Part shown: one piece after another, positions 9,898 through 19,501 of the stretch
How positions within the stretch are numbered: position 1 is the first letter of the stretch
How the letters are laid out: each line of letters begins with the position of its first letter
From: Fibrobacterales bacterium
GTDB lineage: Bacteria; Fibrobacterota; Fibrobacteria; Fibrobacterales; JAOPTW01
DNA length: 64,000 bases
Direction: 5' to 3'
Assembly (NCBI GenBank): GCA_051532055.1
Contig: JAOPTX010000010.1
Span: 32,001-96,000, forward strand
Program-made: the position numbers and the translations under genes
Notes under the pieces: generated by a model
Told to the model about the DNA's origin: nothing
Database searches by the model: none
What the model saw: only the letters and a program-made list of their open reading frames with translations

Positions 9898-10950
9898 ATG
9901 ATTCAAGATACTTCTTTGACATTAGGTACGCACTATATGGAAGCGGGAACAACGACTGCCTTAGGGCGTCCAGTTATACCTTCTCAAAACATGTTGTTGA
10001 TATTTGATGGCTCTCAGGGCGATTGTAATGATTTGGCATCAAAGGGATGGCAAGTACACAATCTTCTTTTTAGTTATCCAAGTGATACCAGATTGTCGGA
10101 TCAGGTTACAAAAATAACATCATCGATTTATAGCGAGTGGACGTCCCAGGTAGGTTTTAAATGTGATGCAATAGTGTTGGGACCCCAATTAAGTTATATT
10201 GAAGATGGTGTAGGGTTTCTAAAAAAAGTGCACTCTCTACTGACTGCTCATGGAGTAATATATGCGACAGTAGAGAATCGGTCGTATTACCAACGACTTA
10301 TAGATAAAAGCACCCGAGAGCTTCTTCCTTGGCCTGTTCATGAGCCTAAAGGGTTGAGTTATACTCAGAGTGACATTGAATCTATGATCTCGAAGTGTGA
10401 GCTCATCATAAAAAAGATAGAACCTGTAATGGACTCGCTGTTTTATAATGAACAGTATGCTCGATGGCAAAAAGTTAATGGTATTGATTGTGAGGTGATA
10501 CTTCCGAATGACCCGGAACTGAGACGCTCCTATTTTATTAAAGAATTTGCCCTTGTTATTGAGAATGGATCGACTGAAATTATTACTGCAGCCAATATGG
10601 TTGAGGGAGTAGATGTTGATGCGGTACATAAACAGATACAGGCCTTTTTGGCAGATGGTCAGACCAATGTAGTACAGGGGATGCTTGATACTATTATTGC
10701 TCAAGGTCGCGCTACAGATATGACCTATAATCTTTATGGTATTTACTACTTCTATTTAGGTGATGTGCAAAAAGCGTATATAAACTTTATTGATGCGATA
10801 CAAAAAAATGCTTCAGTGAGTGATTACTATTTGAATCTATATGATGCGGCAAAGTCTATTGGTGTAGAGAGTGAAGTGGTTGTGCTGTTACAGTCGGCCA
10901 TTAAACAGCATCCTCATCTTCAATCGGTGTTATCTGAGCTCACTCAGTAA
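9898..10950 (+). CDS. Degenerate methyltransferase-like domain plus TPR protein
   Basis: AAGGAG RBS. CDAIVL...LSYIED...FLKKVHSLL..HGVIYATVEN resembles the second half of a class I SAM fold, with no GxGxG. C-terminal TPR similar to the upstream GT. Confidence 0.5.
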   Translation: MIQDTSLTLGTHYMEAGTTTALGRPVIPSQNMLLIFDGSQGDCNDLASKGWQVHNLLFSYPSDTRLSDQVTKITSSIYSEWTSQVGFKCDAIVLGPQLSYIEDGVGFLKKVHSLLTAHGVIYATVENRSYYQRLIDKSTRELLPWPVHEPKGLSYTQSDIESMISKCELIIKKIEPVMDSLFYNEQYARWQKVNGIDCEVILPNDPELRRSYFIKEFALVIENGSTEIITAANMVEGVDVDAVHKQIQAFLADGQTNVVQGMLDTIIAQGRATDMTYNLYGIYYFYLGDVQKAYINFIDAIQKNASVSDYYLNLYDAAKSIGVESEVVVLLQSAIKQHPHLQSVLSELTQ

Positions 10951-10969
10951 TAGAAAGAGGTCGCGAATT

Positions 10970-12469
10970 ATGGATCTCTCGATTTGTATGATCGTAAAAA
11001 ATGAAGCAGAGAATTTATCACAATTGTTACCTCAATTGCGGGCTCTTAACTGCGAACTGTGTATTGTTGATACTGGTTCTACCGATGGTAGTATCACAAT
11101 TATAAAGGAATCTGTTGGTGTGGTACATCATTTTGAGTGGTGTGAAAACTTTTCTCTTGCAAGAAACTATTCGCTCAGTCTTGCAAGCAAGCCAACAATA
11201 TTATGGCTTGATGCTGATGATAGACTCCCTGAAAGATCAATTATTGAACTGCAGCAGTTGTGTGATATTGAAAGAACTATAGCATATACTGCTATAGTTG
11301 AAAACCCTCGTGAAGGGATGGTTGAATCAGAAAAGTTTCGACAGTTACGTATAATTCCCAATGGAAGAGGTCTGCAATTTAAAGGCGCTATACATGAAGA
11401 GTTACGGTCCTCGTGTATAGTAAATGAAATTCCTGTTGAAGACAGTAAATTTGTAATAGAGCATCGCGGGTATATGACCGTCGAAAATCGTGCTGCAAAA
11501 ACTGAACGCAACTATAAACTCTTGAAAAAAGAGTATGAATGTAAGAGTGATGATCTCTATGTTGTAATGGAGTATGGTAACGCTCTGTATCAAAAAGCTC
11601 AGTATCGTGATGCACTTACGGTATATGAAACAGGGTATCATAACCCACAAGGAGAAAAAAATACTCATGCGTATGTAACACTCCCCCTTCTTATAGGGAA
11701 TACTTATGAAGTATTGGGTGAATTAGATACTGCTGATGAGTGGTTTGATATTTCAGTGCGATTACATCCAATAGCGTATACAGCTCATTATAAACTGGCT
11801 CGAAGTCGTATGGGAGTTGGCGCTTGGGAAAGTGCGCAAATTTTGTATACTCAAATTGTCGAGGGTCTTGAACAGGAGCGGGTAGTAGGGACTATTGCGC
11901 AATCAAGTCATGCATTGTATGTTAATAGTCTTACAGCATTGGCACTTGGGTATAATGATGCACAGCAGTTTGATCAAGCATGTCTAATGTTTGAAAAGGT
12001 GCTAGAAAATCATGGGGCGATTACCTTTGACCCATGGGTGTATATGGGGTCTTTGGTTGCGCTTGAGAAGTATGATGTTGCTCAATCATTTATTCAATTA
12101 CATCATTGTACTCCCTCTGTAATAGCCCATGAACATACTTTAGCTAAGATGTTACTAGGAGTGGGACAGTTAGAGGGTGCTTGTGAAGAGTACAAACGGT
12201 TGTTACAGCGTGACCCTACAAATAGTATTTACATTAATGAATATGGAGTTGTCTTATATCAACAGGGGAGTATTCGAGATGCACAACACTGTTTTTTGGG
12301 GGCCCTACATCAGGGATATAGTGATGACTGTGTAGAAAACTTATTAGATACAATAGGAGTCCTTAAAAATAGTTCCTTTGTGTTGGATCGTCTTAAGTAT
12401 ATTCCTATTGAATCAGCAGTTAAAGAACAATTAATTTACCGAATAAAGGGACTGTATGCCAAGTGTTAA
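10970..12469 (+). CDS. GT2 glycosyltransferase with TPR repeats
   Basis: LSICMIVKNE...VDTGSTD...FSLARN...LWLDADD...IHE...HRGY, then TPRs. Confidence 0.9.
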   Translation: MDLSICMIVKNEAENLSQLLPQLRALNCELCIVDTGSTDGSITIIKESVGVVHHFEWCENFSLARNYSLSLASKPTILWLDADDRLPERSIIELQQLCDIERTIAYTAIVENPREGMVESEKFRQLRIIPNGRGLQFKGAIHEELRSSCIVNEIPVEDSKFVIEHRGYMTVENRAAKTERNYKLLKKEYECKSDDLYVVMEYGNALYQKAQYRDALTVYETGYHNPQGEKNTHAYVTLPLLIGNTYEVLGELDTADEWFDISVRLHPIAYTAHYKLARSRMGVGAWESAQILYTQIVEGLEQERVVGTIAQSSHALYVNSLTALALGYNDAQQFDQACLMFEKVLENHGAITFDPWVYMGSLVALEKYDVAQSFIQLHHCTPSVIAHEHTLAKMLLGVGQLEGACEEYKRLLQRDPTNSIYINEYGVVLYQQGSIRDAQHCFLGALHQGYSDDCVENLLDTIGVLKNSSFVLDRLKYIPIESAVKEQLIYRIKGLYAKC

Positions 12470-15116
12470 TCCTAATGATGTCAATGCGTTGATTGGAACA
12501 ATTCAGCAACCGCTTACACCTCTTGGGCCTCCAAATACTCTTTCAATCTGTATGATTGTAAAAAATGAAGAGAAAAATATTGAAGCAGCGGTTCGCAGTT
12601 TTATTCCTTTTGCAGATGAGATTATTGTAAATGATACGGGTTCGACGGATAAAACTCTTGATATTCTTAAACAATTACCCGTTACTATTATTCAATCTGA
12701 ATGGATTGGAGATTTTAGCTATTCGAGAAACCTGAGTATTGAGGCCGCAACACAGAGTTGGATCCTTTGGATGGATGCTGATGATAGAGTTCCAGCAGGC
12801 CAGATTGAAAACTTTAATAAATTAAAGACCGCCCCCCTGGATAGAATGTTTGGATTTCAAATAATTAATACTCAGGCTGGTCTTGCTCTGGGTACACGAT
12901 TTATGCAGACGCGAATGTTTCCGCGACACCCCAAAATTCGTTTTGAGCGGGCGGTGCATGAACAGATGATTTTTAGTGGCGCACAGATGGGCCTCTATTC
13001 ATTTTTTACTGAGACAACTATTCATCATACTGGCTATGAAGACCCTGAGACAAAAAAACTTAAAGCTCAGAGGAATTTAGACTTACTAGAGAATGATGTT
13101 GATATTGATATCGACCCAATTATATCGATGCAACTTGGAGATTCTTATGCAATAATTGGTGAGTTAGATAAAAGTATAGAGGCCTATAAACATTCTTTTT
13201 CTATTCCTCATTGTCGTGAGATTAATGCTGATTGTTACAATGACCTTCCTACTTGTATTGGGCGTTCATATCAGCTGAAAGGCAACTTGGAAGCGGCCAA
13301 AGAGTGGTTTTTAAAAGGGATTGAGCTTAATCCTAAAAAGTTAGAATCATATTATTATCTGGCAGAAAGTTATCTTAAATTAGGCGATACCCCTACAGCA
13401 GAGAATTATTTGATACAGGTCGCTGGTATGGATATTTTACATACAGGAACCTCAAATCAGTTTGATGTCATAAAAATGTATAGCTACTTTCATCTGTGTA
13501 AACTTTATACGACACAGCAAAAATTTGATCGAGTAATTGCATGGGCGACCCGCCTAAAAGAAGAATATCCGGAAGTGATTGAATCTCGAATATTTCTTGG
13601 GAAAAGTCACTTAAGCTGCAATAGAATTGATGAGGCCATCGGATGGCTCGAAGATGCAGTACAGCGCAATCCCAAAGCAGATGAAACAGCGTGGCAAGCC
13701 CTTTGTATTGCCTATGAGCAAAAAGATGATCGTATCGCTCTTGCAAATGCTCAAGGGCGTTATCAACAGACATTCCCAAAATCAACTCAAGCAACGACCC
13801 ATGACTCGAGCATTGATGTTTCTGTTTGTATGATTGTTAAAGATGAAGAGTCGACCTTGCCTCACTTACTCCACTCTATTGCAGGGTTGTGGGATGAATT
13901 AATCATTGTCGATACGGGGAGTGGTGATAGGACTCCTGCAATTATAGAGGAGTTTGGAGGAGAGCTCCGTACAGCTCCATGGGAAGGTGATTTTGCAAAA
14001 GCGCGCAATATCTCACTTGAGGGAGCTCGAGGCCGATGGATTGTCTGGTTTGATGCAGATGACATTGTATTGCCTGAAGATCGAGTACGCTTAAAGCAGT
14101 TGTTATCGGGCAGTGCAGACAAAGCATATGGAGTGATGGTTAAAAATAGTACAGATGGCGGAAAAACAGGATCGGTTTTTAATCAGATACGGGTGTTTCC
14201 TAATAAGCCTGAAGTACGTTTTACGGGAAAAGTACACGAACAAGTACTGCCTGCCCTTGATAAACTGAAGATCTCGGTCGAATTTACTACTATAAAAGTT
14301 ATTCATACGGGGTATATTGACGATGCAATTGTTGCAGATAAACAGCACCGCAATTTGAGTATCATGCAACAAGAGCTTGAAGAGTATCCTCAGAGTGAAA
14401 CGGTGGTGAAACTCTATTCAATTGCAGGAGCCTATCAGGACTTAAAAAACTTTGAGAAAGCATTAGAGTGGTACCAAAAAGCTCTTGAACGAGCAAATCT
14501 AACGAGTGAAGACCCTCATATTCGTGAGATGTGTCCTGTTAAAATTGCAGCATGCTATGCAGAGCTAGGCGACCTTAACACTGCGCGACGGGTTATTGAG
14601 TCGGCGGCTGAACAGGCACCCCATATGGCCGAGGCGTTGCTTATAAAAGCTCAGGTGTTGAGTGCTCTTGGGGAAACAGAGTCTGCAGTGATTCAGTATG
14701 TTAATCTCTTCTATTTTCAAGAACAACCAACATTGGTCCCAGTTGATTATCAACAGATTAAAATAAAGGCGTGCGCATTTCTCGGAGATTATTGGAATAA
14801 GAAGAATAATCAACCTCTTGCTGTGGCTATTCTGAGGATTGGAGTTGCTCTGCGTGACGGGGAGCTCATTAGCTCTGAAAAGTTGTTGAGCTTTCTATTT
14901 GATGCAGAAGAGTACACACTTTGTAAGCATGTATTGACATTTGGATTGACTTTGAATGAAACTGCTGATTTGTATTTGAATTTAGGGAAGGCGTCAATAA
15001 TGCTGAATGACGTTGAAGATGCGTTGATGTATTTAAAAAAGGGGACTGAGAAGTACCCTTCTGATCTCGAGATTATAGAATTACTAAAAGCGCTCCATGC
15101 AGATGTTGGACAATAA
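12456..15116 (+). CDS. Tandem (GT2-TPR)x2 glycosyltransferase
   Basis: Two copies of S(I/V)CMIVK(N/D)EE...DTGS.D...W.DADD...VHEQ...HTGY, each followed by TPRs. Confidence 0.9.
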   Translation: MPSVNPNDVNALIGTIQQPLTPLGPPNTLSICMIVKNEEKNIEAAVRSFIPFADEIIVNDTGSTDKTLDILKQLPVTIIQSEWIGDFSYSRNLSIEAATQSWILWMDADDRVPAGQIENFNKLKTAPLDRMFGFQIINTQAGLALGTRFMQTRMFPRHPKIRFERAVHEQMIFSGAQMGLYSFFTETTIHHTGYEDPETKKLKAQRNLDLLENDVDIDIDPIISMQLGDSYAIIGELDKSIEAYKHSFSIPHCREINADCYNDLPTCIGRSYQLKGNLEAAKEWFLKGIELNPKKLESYYYLAESYLKLGDTPTAENYLIQVAGMDILHTGTSNQFDVIKMYSYFHLCKLYTTQQKFDRVIAWATRLKEEYPEVIESRIFLGKSHLSCNRIDEAIGWLEDAVQRNPKADETAWQALCIAYEQKDDRIALANAQGRYQQTFPKSTQATTHDSSIDVSVCMIVKDEESTLPHLLHSIAGLWDELIIVDTGSGDRTPAIIEEFGGELRTAPWEGDFAKARNISLEGARGRWIVWFDADDIVLPEDRVRLKQLLSGSADKAYGVMVKNSTDGGKTGSVFNQIRVFPNKPEVRFTGKVHEQVLPALDKLKISVEFTTIKVIHTGYIDDAIVADKQHRNLSIMQQELEEYPQSETVVKLYSIAGAYQDLKNFEKALEWYQKALERANLTSEDPHIREMCPVKIAACYAELGDLNTARRVIESAAEQAPHMAEALLIKAQVLSALGETESAVIQYVNLFYFQEQPTLVPVDYQQIKIKACAFLGDYWNKKNNQPLAVAILRIGVALRDGELISSEKLLSFLFDAEEYTLCKHVLTFGLTLNETADLYLNLGKASIMLNDVEDALMYLKKGTEKYPSDLEIIELLKALHADVGQ

Positions 15117-15120
15117 GAGT

Positions 15121-16239
15121 TTAGGTTTTTAGAAGAAAGCCAAGTTTTTTTAGTTGCTCTTTCAGCTTAGATGAAAGAATATTTTCAATACAATAATCTG
15201 AATATTCTAAGCGGCGAGGATACTCTTTTCTGAGTGTATCAAAAAGAATTCCATCACTCTTTTGTATAATAGGTTTTGAATGCTCAAAGTCATCTTGGAT
15301 TGAATATACTGAAGATAGGACTTTCTCAAGAGCTTCTGTATCAGTGAGTTCTTTGATGCAGATTGTATTTGAGGATACAGGAGTCGTTGTTTTTGGCCTG
15401 TTGAGATTAAAATGTTTTAGGAGTGCGTCACGCATCATTAAGGTGCCTCTTACTTTCCCCGTGTATGAGTACCCTGCGATATGCGGTGTATAAACGGAAG
15501 CACATTTAAGATAGTCTTGAGAAGGAGTTGGCTCATGATTAAAAACATCAAGTATAATGTCTTTAAAAAAGCCTTCTTTTGCGAGTGCAATTATTTCTTC
15601 CTCAACAACAATCCCTCCTCGGGCACTGTTAATAAATGTGAGTCCTGTCTTAAAGTTACTCAAAAATGAGCGATTGACTATGCCAGATGTAGGGTATTGA
15701 GATTGGTTTGATGTGGTAAGAGGGGTGTGAAAACTTAAGACATCTGCTTCATAAAGAGTCTCTAGAGAGACTAAATCGGTCGATATTCCTGAGTCTACAA
15801 GTGGAGGGTCATAAGGAAGTGCAGTAATCCCTAATGCCTTTATGAGTCGTGCAACTTCTTTTCCTACATGACCATATCCAACAATACCTACTTTAAGGTT
15901 AGGCTTGTTAAGGAGGTTGCACTCTTTAAGCGCGGAAAGAACATACTCCCCGACAGAAGTTGCATTACTCCCTGCGGCTGAGGCAAAAGTACAATTTGAC
16001 TCTTTGAGGTAGCCGGTGTCAATATGATCAATACCTGCTGTGGCGGTACCTACAAATGAGAGTTGACTTGATGAAAGGAGTTGGCGGTTTACTGGAGTTA
16101 CAGATCTAACCAATAGCGCTTCAAAGGGTTCTAAAAAATGTGGGGTAAGTGATCTGCCATCAAATGGGGTGATATCGAACAAGTCGGATAGGAGCGATTC
16201 TGCTTCAACTATATTTTGATCATATGCTATTTTTATCAT
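15121..16239 (-). CDS. pdxB: Erythronate-4-phosphate dehydrogenase
   Basis: LLVRSVT, FVGTATAGIDHID, GSNATSVGEY, GIVGYGHVG, FHTPL, INSARG, LDVFNHEP, TPHIAGYS..GKVRGT, FDTLRKEYPRRLE. Confidence 0.9.
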   Translation of the reverse strand: MIKIAYDQNIVEAESLLSDLFDITPFDGRSLTPHFLEPFEALLVRSVTPVNRQLLSSSQLSFVGTATAGIDHIDTGYLKESNCTFASAAGSNATSVGEYVLSALKECNLLNKPNLKVGIVGYGHVGKEVARLIKALGITALPYDPPLVDSGISTDLVSLETLYEADVLSFHTPLTTSNQSQYPTSGIVNRSFLSNFKTGLTFINSARGGIVVEEEIIALAKEGFFKDIILDVFNHEPTPSQDYLKCASVYTPHIAGYSYTGKVRGTLMMRDALLKHFNLNRPKTTTPVSSNTICIKELTDTEALEKVLSSVYSIQDDFEHSKPIIQKSDGILFDTLRKEYPRRLEYSDYCIENILSSKLKEQLKKLGFLLKT

Positions 16240-16310
16240 TTTTCGGTCAGTTGCTTTCTAAATGGTCAAATGTGGCGGTAATTGATAGCAAAATTAGTAT
16301 TTTTTGTCTC

Positions 16311-17768
16311 ATGATATACCTACGGTTTAAACTTATAACAGTTTTGGCACTTTCGCTTTTGAGTATTGGTACTACAGCGAATAAGCCTACTTATTCTCTT
16401 TCTGAATTTATTCAAAAAGGACTTGCCAATGATGGCCGCCTTGAAGAAAAGCGGTTTGGTAAAAAGCTTAAAGAACATAAAATAGATGAGATCAGAATGG
16501 GAGCGATACTTCCTCGATTTGAGTTTACTGCTGGCTGGGGACCTGCTCCTGGTTTGAAAAGTACATATGAAGAGACGCAATTCTCCGATGTGTCTCTTGA
16601 TGGAGTACATTATGACTCGCTTTCTATTTTAGAATCAAAAACAGAATATGATATTCTCTCGTTTAAGAAGTGGGGGCCTGCATTTGTGACTGAAGTGAAA
16701 ATGGTACAGCCACTCAACTTGTTTCGCTATAATTCAGGGATGAACGCAGCTAAGGCTGATCGCGATTATTATAATTGGAATATTAGTAGTAGTGAACTTA
16801 AAAAAGAACGCGAATTACAAGAGTATTATTTTGGGTACCTTTACGCACAAGATCTACACGAACTGTCTTTAGAAGTTGAATCAGAAATGATGAAAATTGA
16901 GGAGAGAATAGACGAGATGCTTTTTGATGAAGATGAATCAGTGTCGCAGTTTGATCTTCTAGAATTAAAGACTAATAAATATGCAATAGCAGAGGGGGTA
17001 GAAGAGAGTCGTCTTGGAGTACGCAGAGCGAAGCTTGCCGCAGCATTTAGTTTAGGGTTTGCAAGTGATACAGCATTTACTTTTATTGATTCCTTGTTAG
17101 TGGTGAGAAAAGAACCAGTGCCATCACTTGATAGTCTTAAAATCTATTTGAAACATTCACATCCCGATTTGCAAATGTTAAAACATGGATTAAAAGCAAT
17201 GAATGCACTGAAAGATTTAGCTCAAGGTGAACTAGGGCCCGAAATATTTTTGTTTGCGAGCGCTGAATATGCAAAATCATGGGCAGGAGATAGACGGTCA
17301 CTTTCTGACGAGGCCTTTTCTGAAGATCCGTTGAATAAAATATCAGGTGCGATCGGAATAGGATTAAAATATCGTTTGAATATTTGGTCGCGGTATCAAA
17401 ACTACTCCAAAAAGAAACTGGAACTGACTCACTTGCAACGGAAAGAGTCTTATGCTGAGCGTGGATTGGGGCTTCTTTTAGATGAGCAGTATGGGAAATT
17501 TGAAAAATCAAGAACCCTTCTTTCCAGTGCGCGGGCATCTCTCCGTGCAGCTGAAGCGTGGCTTAAAGGCGCAGCCATGAAGTATGATGTTGATCCTTCA
17601 GAAGCACGAGGGCTTATTAAGGCATTCAAGGCTAAGGTAGGCGCAAAGAGAAATTATTTAAAGTCTGTGTATAATTACAATATTGAAGTTGGTCGTCTCT
17701 TTGAGCGGTCAGGCTGGTCAATAGCAAAACATAATGCTACCTTGACCGTAACAGGAGGACCAGAATGA
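16311..17768 (+). CDS. TolC/OEP-family outer membrane protein
   Basis: Signal peptide and two OEP-like repeats (ILPRFEF; HPDLQ...LGPEIFL...GIGLKYRLNIW). C-terminal YNYNIEVGRLFERSG. Confidence 0.7.
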   Translation: MIYLRFKLITVLALSLLSIGTTANKPTYSLSEFIQKGLANDGRLEEKRFGKKLKEHKIDEIRMGAILPRFEFTAGWGPAPGLKSTYEETQFSDVSLDGVHYDSLSILESKTEYDILSFKKWGPAFVTEVKMVQPLNLFRYNSGMNAAKADRDYYNWNISSSELKKERELQEYYFGYLYAQDLHELSLEVESEMMKIEERIDEMLFDEDESVSQFDLLELKTNKYAIAEGVEESRLGVRRAKLAAAFSLGFASDTAFTFIDSLLVVRKEPVPSLDSLKIYLKHSHPDLQMLKHGLKAMNALKDLAQGELGPEIFLFASAEYAKSWAGDRRSLSDEAFSEDPLNKISGAIGIGLKYRLNIWSRYQNYSKKKLELTHLQRKESYAERGLGLLLDEQYGKFEKSRTLLSSARASLRAAEAWLKGAAMKYDVDPSEARGLIKAFKAKVGAKRNYLKSVYNYNIEVGRLFERSGWSIAKHNATLTVTGGPE

Positions 17769-18325
17769 AATGGTTAATTGCAGTAATATTATGTGTATCG
17801 TTACAAACTTGGGCGTCTGAGTCGCCTCTTACGCTTATCAAAACGAAAGATATTGAGCTTCAAAAGCTCCTTAAAAAGAAAGATGCGCCAAAGGAAACAC
17901 TTAAGCAGCTTATTAATAGCATTTTTGACTTCCGAAAAATGGGTCAAAAATCACTTTCGAGTTCTGCGTGGAAAGGTCAGCCTGAAGCAAAGCAGAATGA
18001 GTTTGTTGCCAGCTTTAAAGAGATGGTGGAGAATGCATCGATTAAGAAACTAGAAGTATACGAAGCTGATTCTACGAATTATGAAAAGCCTAAAATTAAA
18101 AAGGGCAAAGCAAAAATTACTGCGCATATGTGGAATAAAGGAACTGAATCAGTATTAGTGTATAAGCTCGAAGAAATTGATGGCGCTTGGATGGCATGGG
18201 ATCTCATTATTGATGATTTATCAACCGTGAGAAATTATCGTGAACAGTTTCGAAAAATCATAAAAGATAAAGGTTTTGATGAGTTGTTAAATATCCTAAA
18301 AGAGAAAGCTCTCGAGAATAAATAG
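17765..18325 (+). CDS. MlaC/Ttg2D-family periplasmic lipid-binding protein
   Basis: Signal peptide, IFDFRKMGQKSL...W, and WMAWDLIIDDLSTVRNYREQFRKII...GFDELL. Overlaps the TolC stop (ATGA). Confidence 0.85.
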   Translation: MKWLIAVILCVSLQTWASESPLTLIKTKDIELQKLLKKKDAPKETLKQLINSIFDFRKMGQKSLSSSAWKGQPEAKQNEFVASFKEMVENASIKKLEVYEADSTNYEKPKIKKGKAKITAHMWNKGTESVLVYKLEEIDGAWMAWDLIIDDLSTVRNYREQFRKIIKDKGFDELLNILKEKALENK

Positions 18326-18332
18326 GACCTTT

Positions 18333-19469
18333 GTGGTCCATGGATATAGAGTGACTCAATCTTCTGGCTACCTATCATTATATCAATCTGAGTATAAAGA
18401 TCTTGCATACGTAACAAGTGCTCTGTGTACTGGGGATCCTCGCTATGACAATGCGGTTAAACTTGTTTTAAAAAAACTTGTATTAAGAGGAGATACAGTT
18501 CAATGTATCGATTCCGGCTCAGGAGCGTTGGTATCATTTCTGTCTCAATCATTTAATCATGTTGTTTGTTGTAATGTTTTGTATCAAGACTATTGTGCAA
18601 CGAATGAGCATATGAAGGCATTTAAAGGGAGTGGTGAGTCATATTTACTTGATGATATAAGTGGAGTAATGAAAGGGTATGAGGTTTCACTCTTTAGACT
18701 TCATAAATCATGGGAATATAGTGCAGCTATTATTAGAGCGATAGTCAGAGTATCACGCCAAGGAACTTTATACGCGTATGGAACCAATGATGAAGGAGCA
18801 AAGAGTTTTCTTAATAAACTTAAACGTATTGGACTTAAAGGTGCTTGCATTGAAATTGGTTCATCGAGTAGAATATTTGAAATTGATCTCTCTCAGACTT
18901 TAGAACGTGATAATGAAACACAGGGCCCTACTATTACCCTTAGCCATTCAACAGGTGAACTAAGCTATGTAAATAATCCGGGCCTATTTTCATTTAAGAA
19001 AGCAGATGTGGGATCTCGAATTCTCATAGATGCTCTTCCCGATCTAACCAGCAAGACCGTGCTTGATGTAGGGTGTGGTGCGGGGGTGCTCTCCCTTGCG
19101 GCTTATCAACGTGGAGCAAAGGAGGTCGTTGCAACAGATGCGCATGCACTCTCTGTCTCTTGTGCAAATAAAAATTTCGAACACCAAAATACGCCCGCTT
19201 TCGCTCAGTGTACTTTTATTACGGATGGAATTTCTCAGATATTTGATGTTGTTATAACGAATCCCCCCTTCCATATTGGGAAATCTACTGAGGTAGATAT
19301 GGGGAGAATATGGCTTAAAAGCTGTATAAAACAACTCAAGCCTGAGGGCACGATTTACCTAGTAGCTAATGAATTCCTCAAATATGGTGATTTCTGTAGA
19401 GAAATGGGGCTGAAAGCTCAAAAGATCGCACACAGTTCTGGATTTTTGGTCTATAAAATCGTATCATAA
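18333..19469 (+). CDS. Class I SAM methyltransferase, RsmC/RlmG (MTS) family
   Basis: PGLFS...DVGSRIL, VLDVGCGAGVL and NPPFH motifs. Confidence 0.8.
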   Translation: MVHGYRVTQSSGYLSLYQSEYKDLAYVTSALCTGDPRYDNAVKLVLKKLVLRGDTVQCIDSGSGALVSFLSQSFNHVVCCNVLYQDYCATNEHMKAFKGSGESYLLDDISGVMKGYEVSLFRLHKSWEYSAAIIRAIVRVSRQGTLYAYGTNDEGAKSFLNKLKRIGLKGACIEIGSSSRIFEIDLSQTLERDNETQGPTITLSHSTGELSYVNNPGLFSFKKADVGSRILIDALPDLTSKTVLDVGCGAGVLSLAAYQRGAKEVVATDAHALSVSCANKNFEHQNTPAFAQCTFITDGISQIFDVVITNPPFHIGKSTEVDMGRIWLKSCIKQLKPEGTIYLVANEFLKYGDFCREMGLKAQKIAHSSGFLVYKIVS

Positions 19470-19501
19470 CACTATAAAAAACTAAAGTAACGGGATGTCA
19501 C

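Noticed and set aside
16224..16310. ORF-track N-terminal extension of TolC overlapping pdxB (similar extensions at 10871, 34627, 21114 and 53585)
   Set aside because: Downstream ATGs give proper signal peptides, domain starts or RBSs and remove most overlaps.
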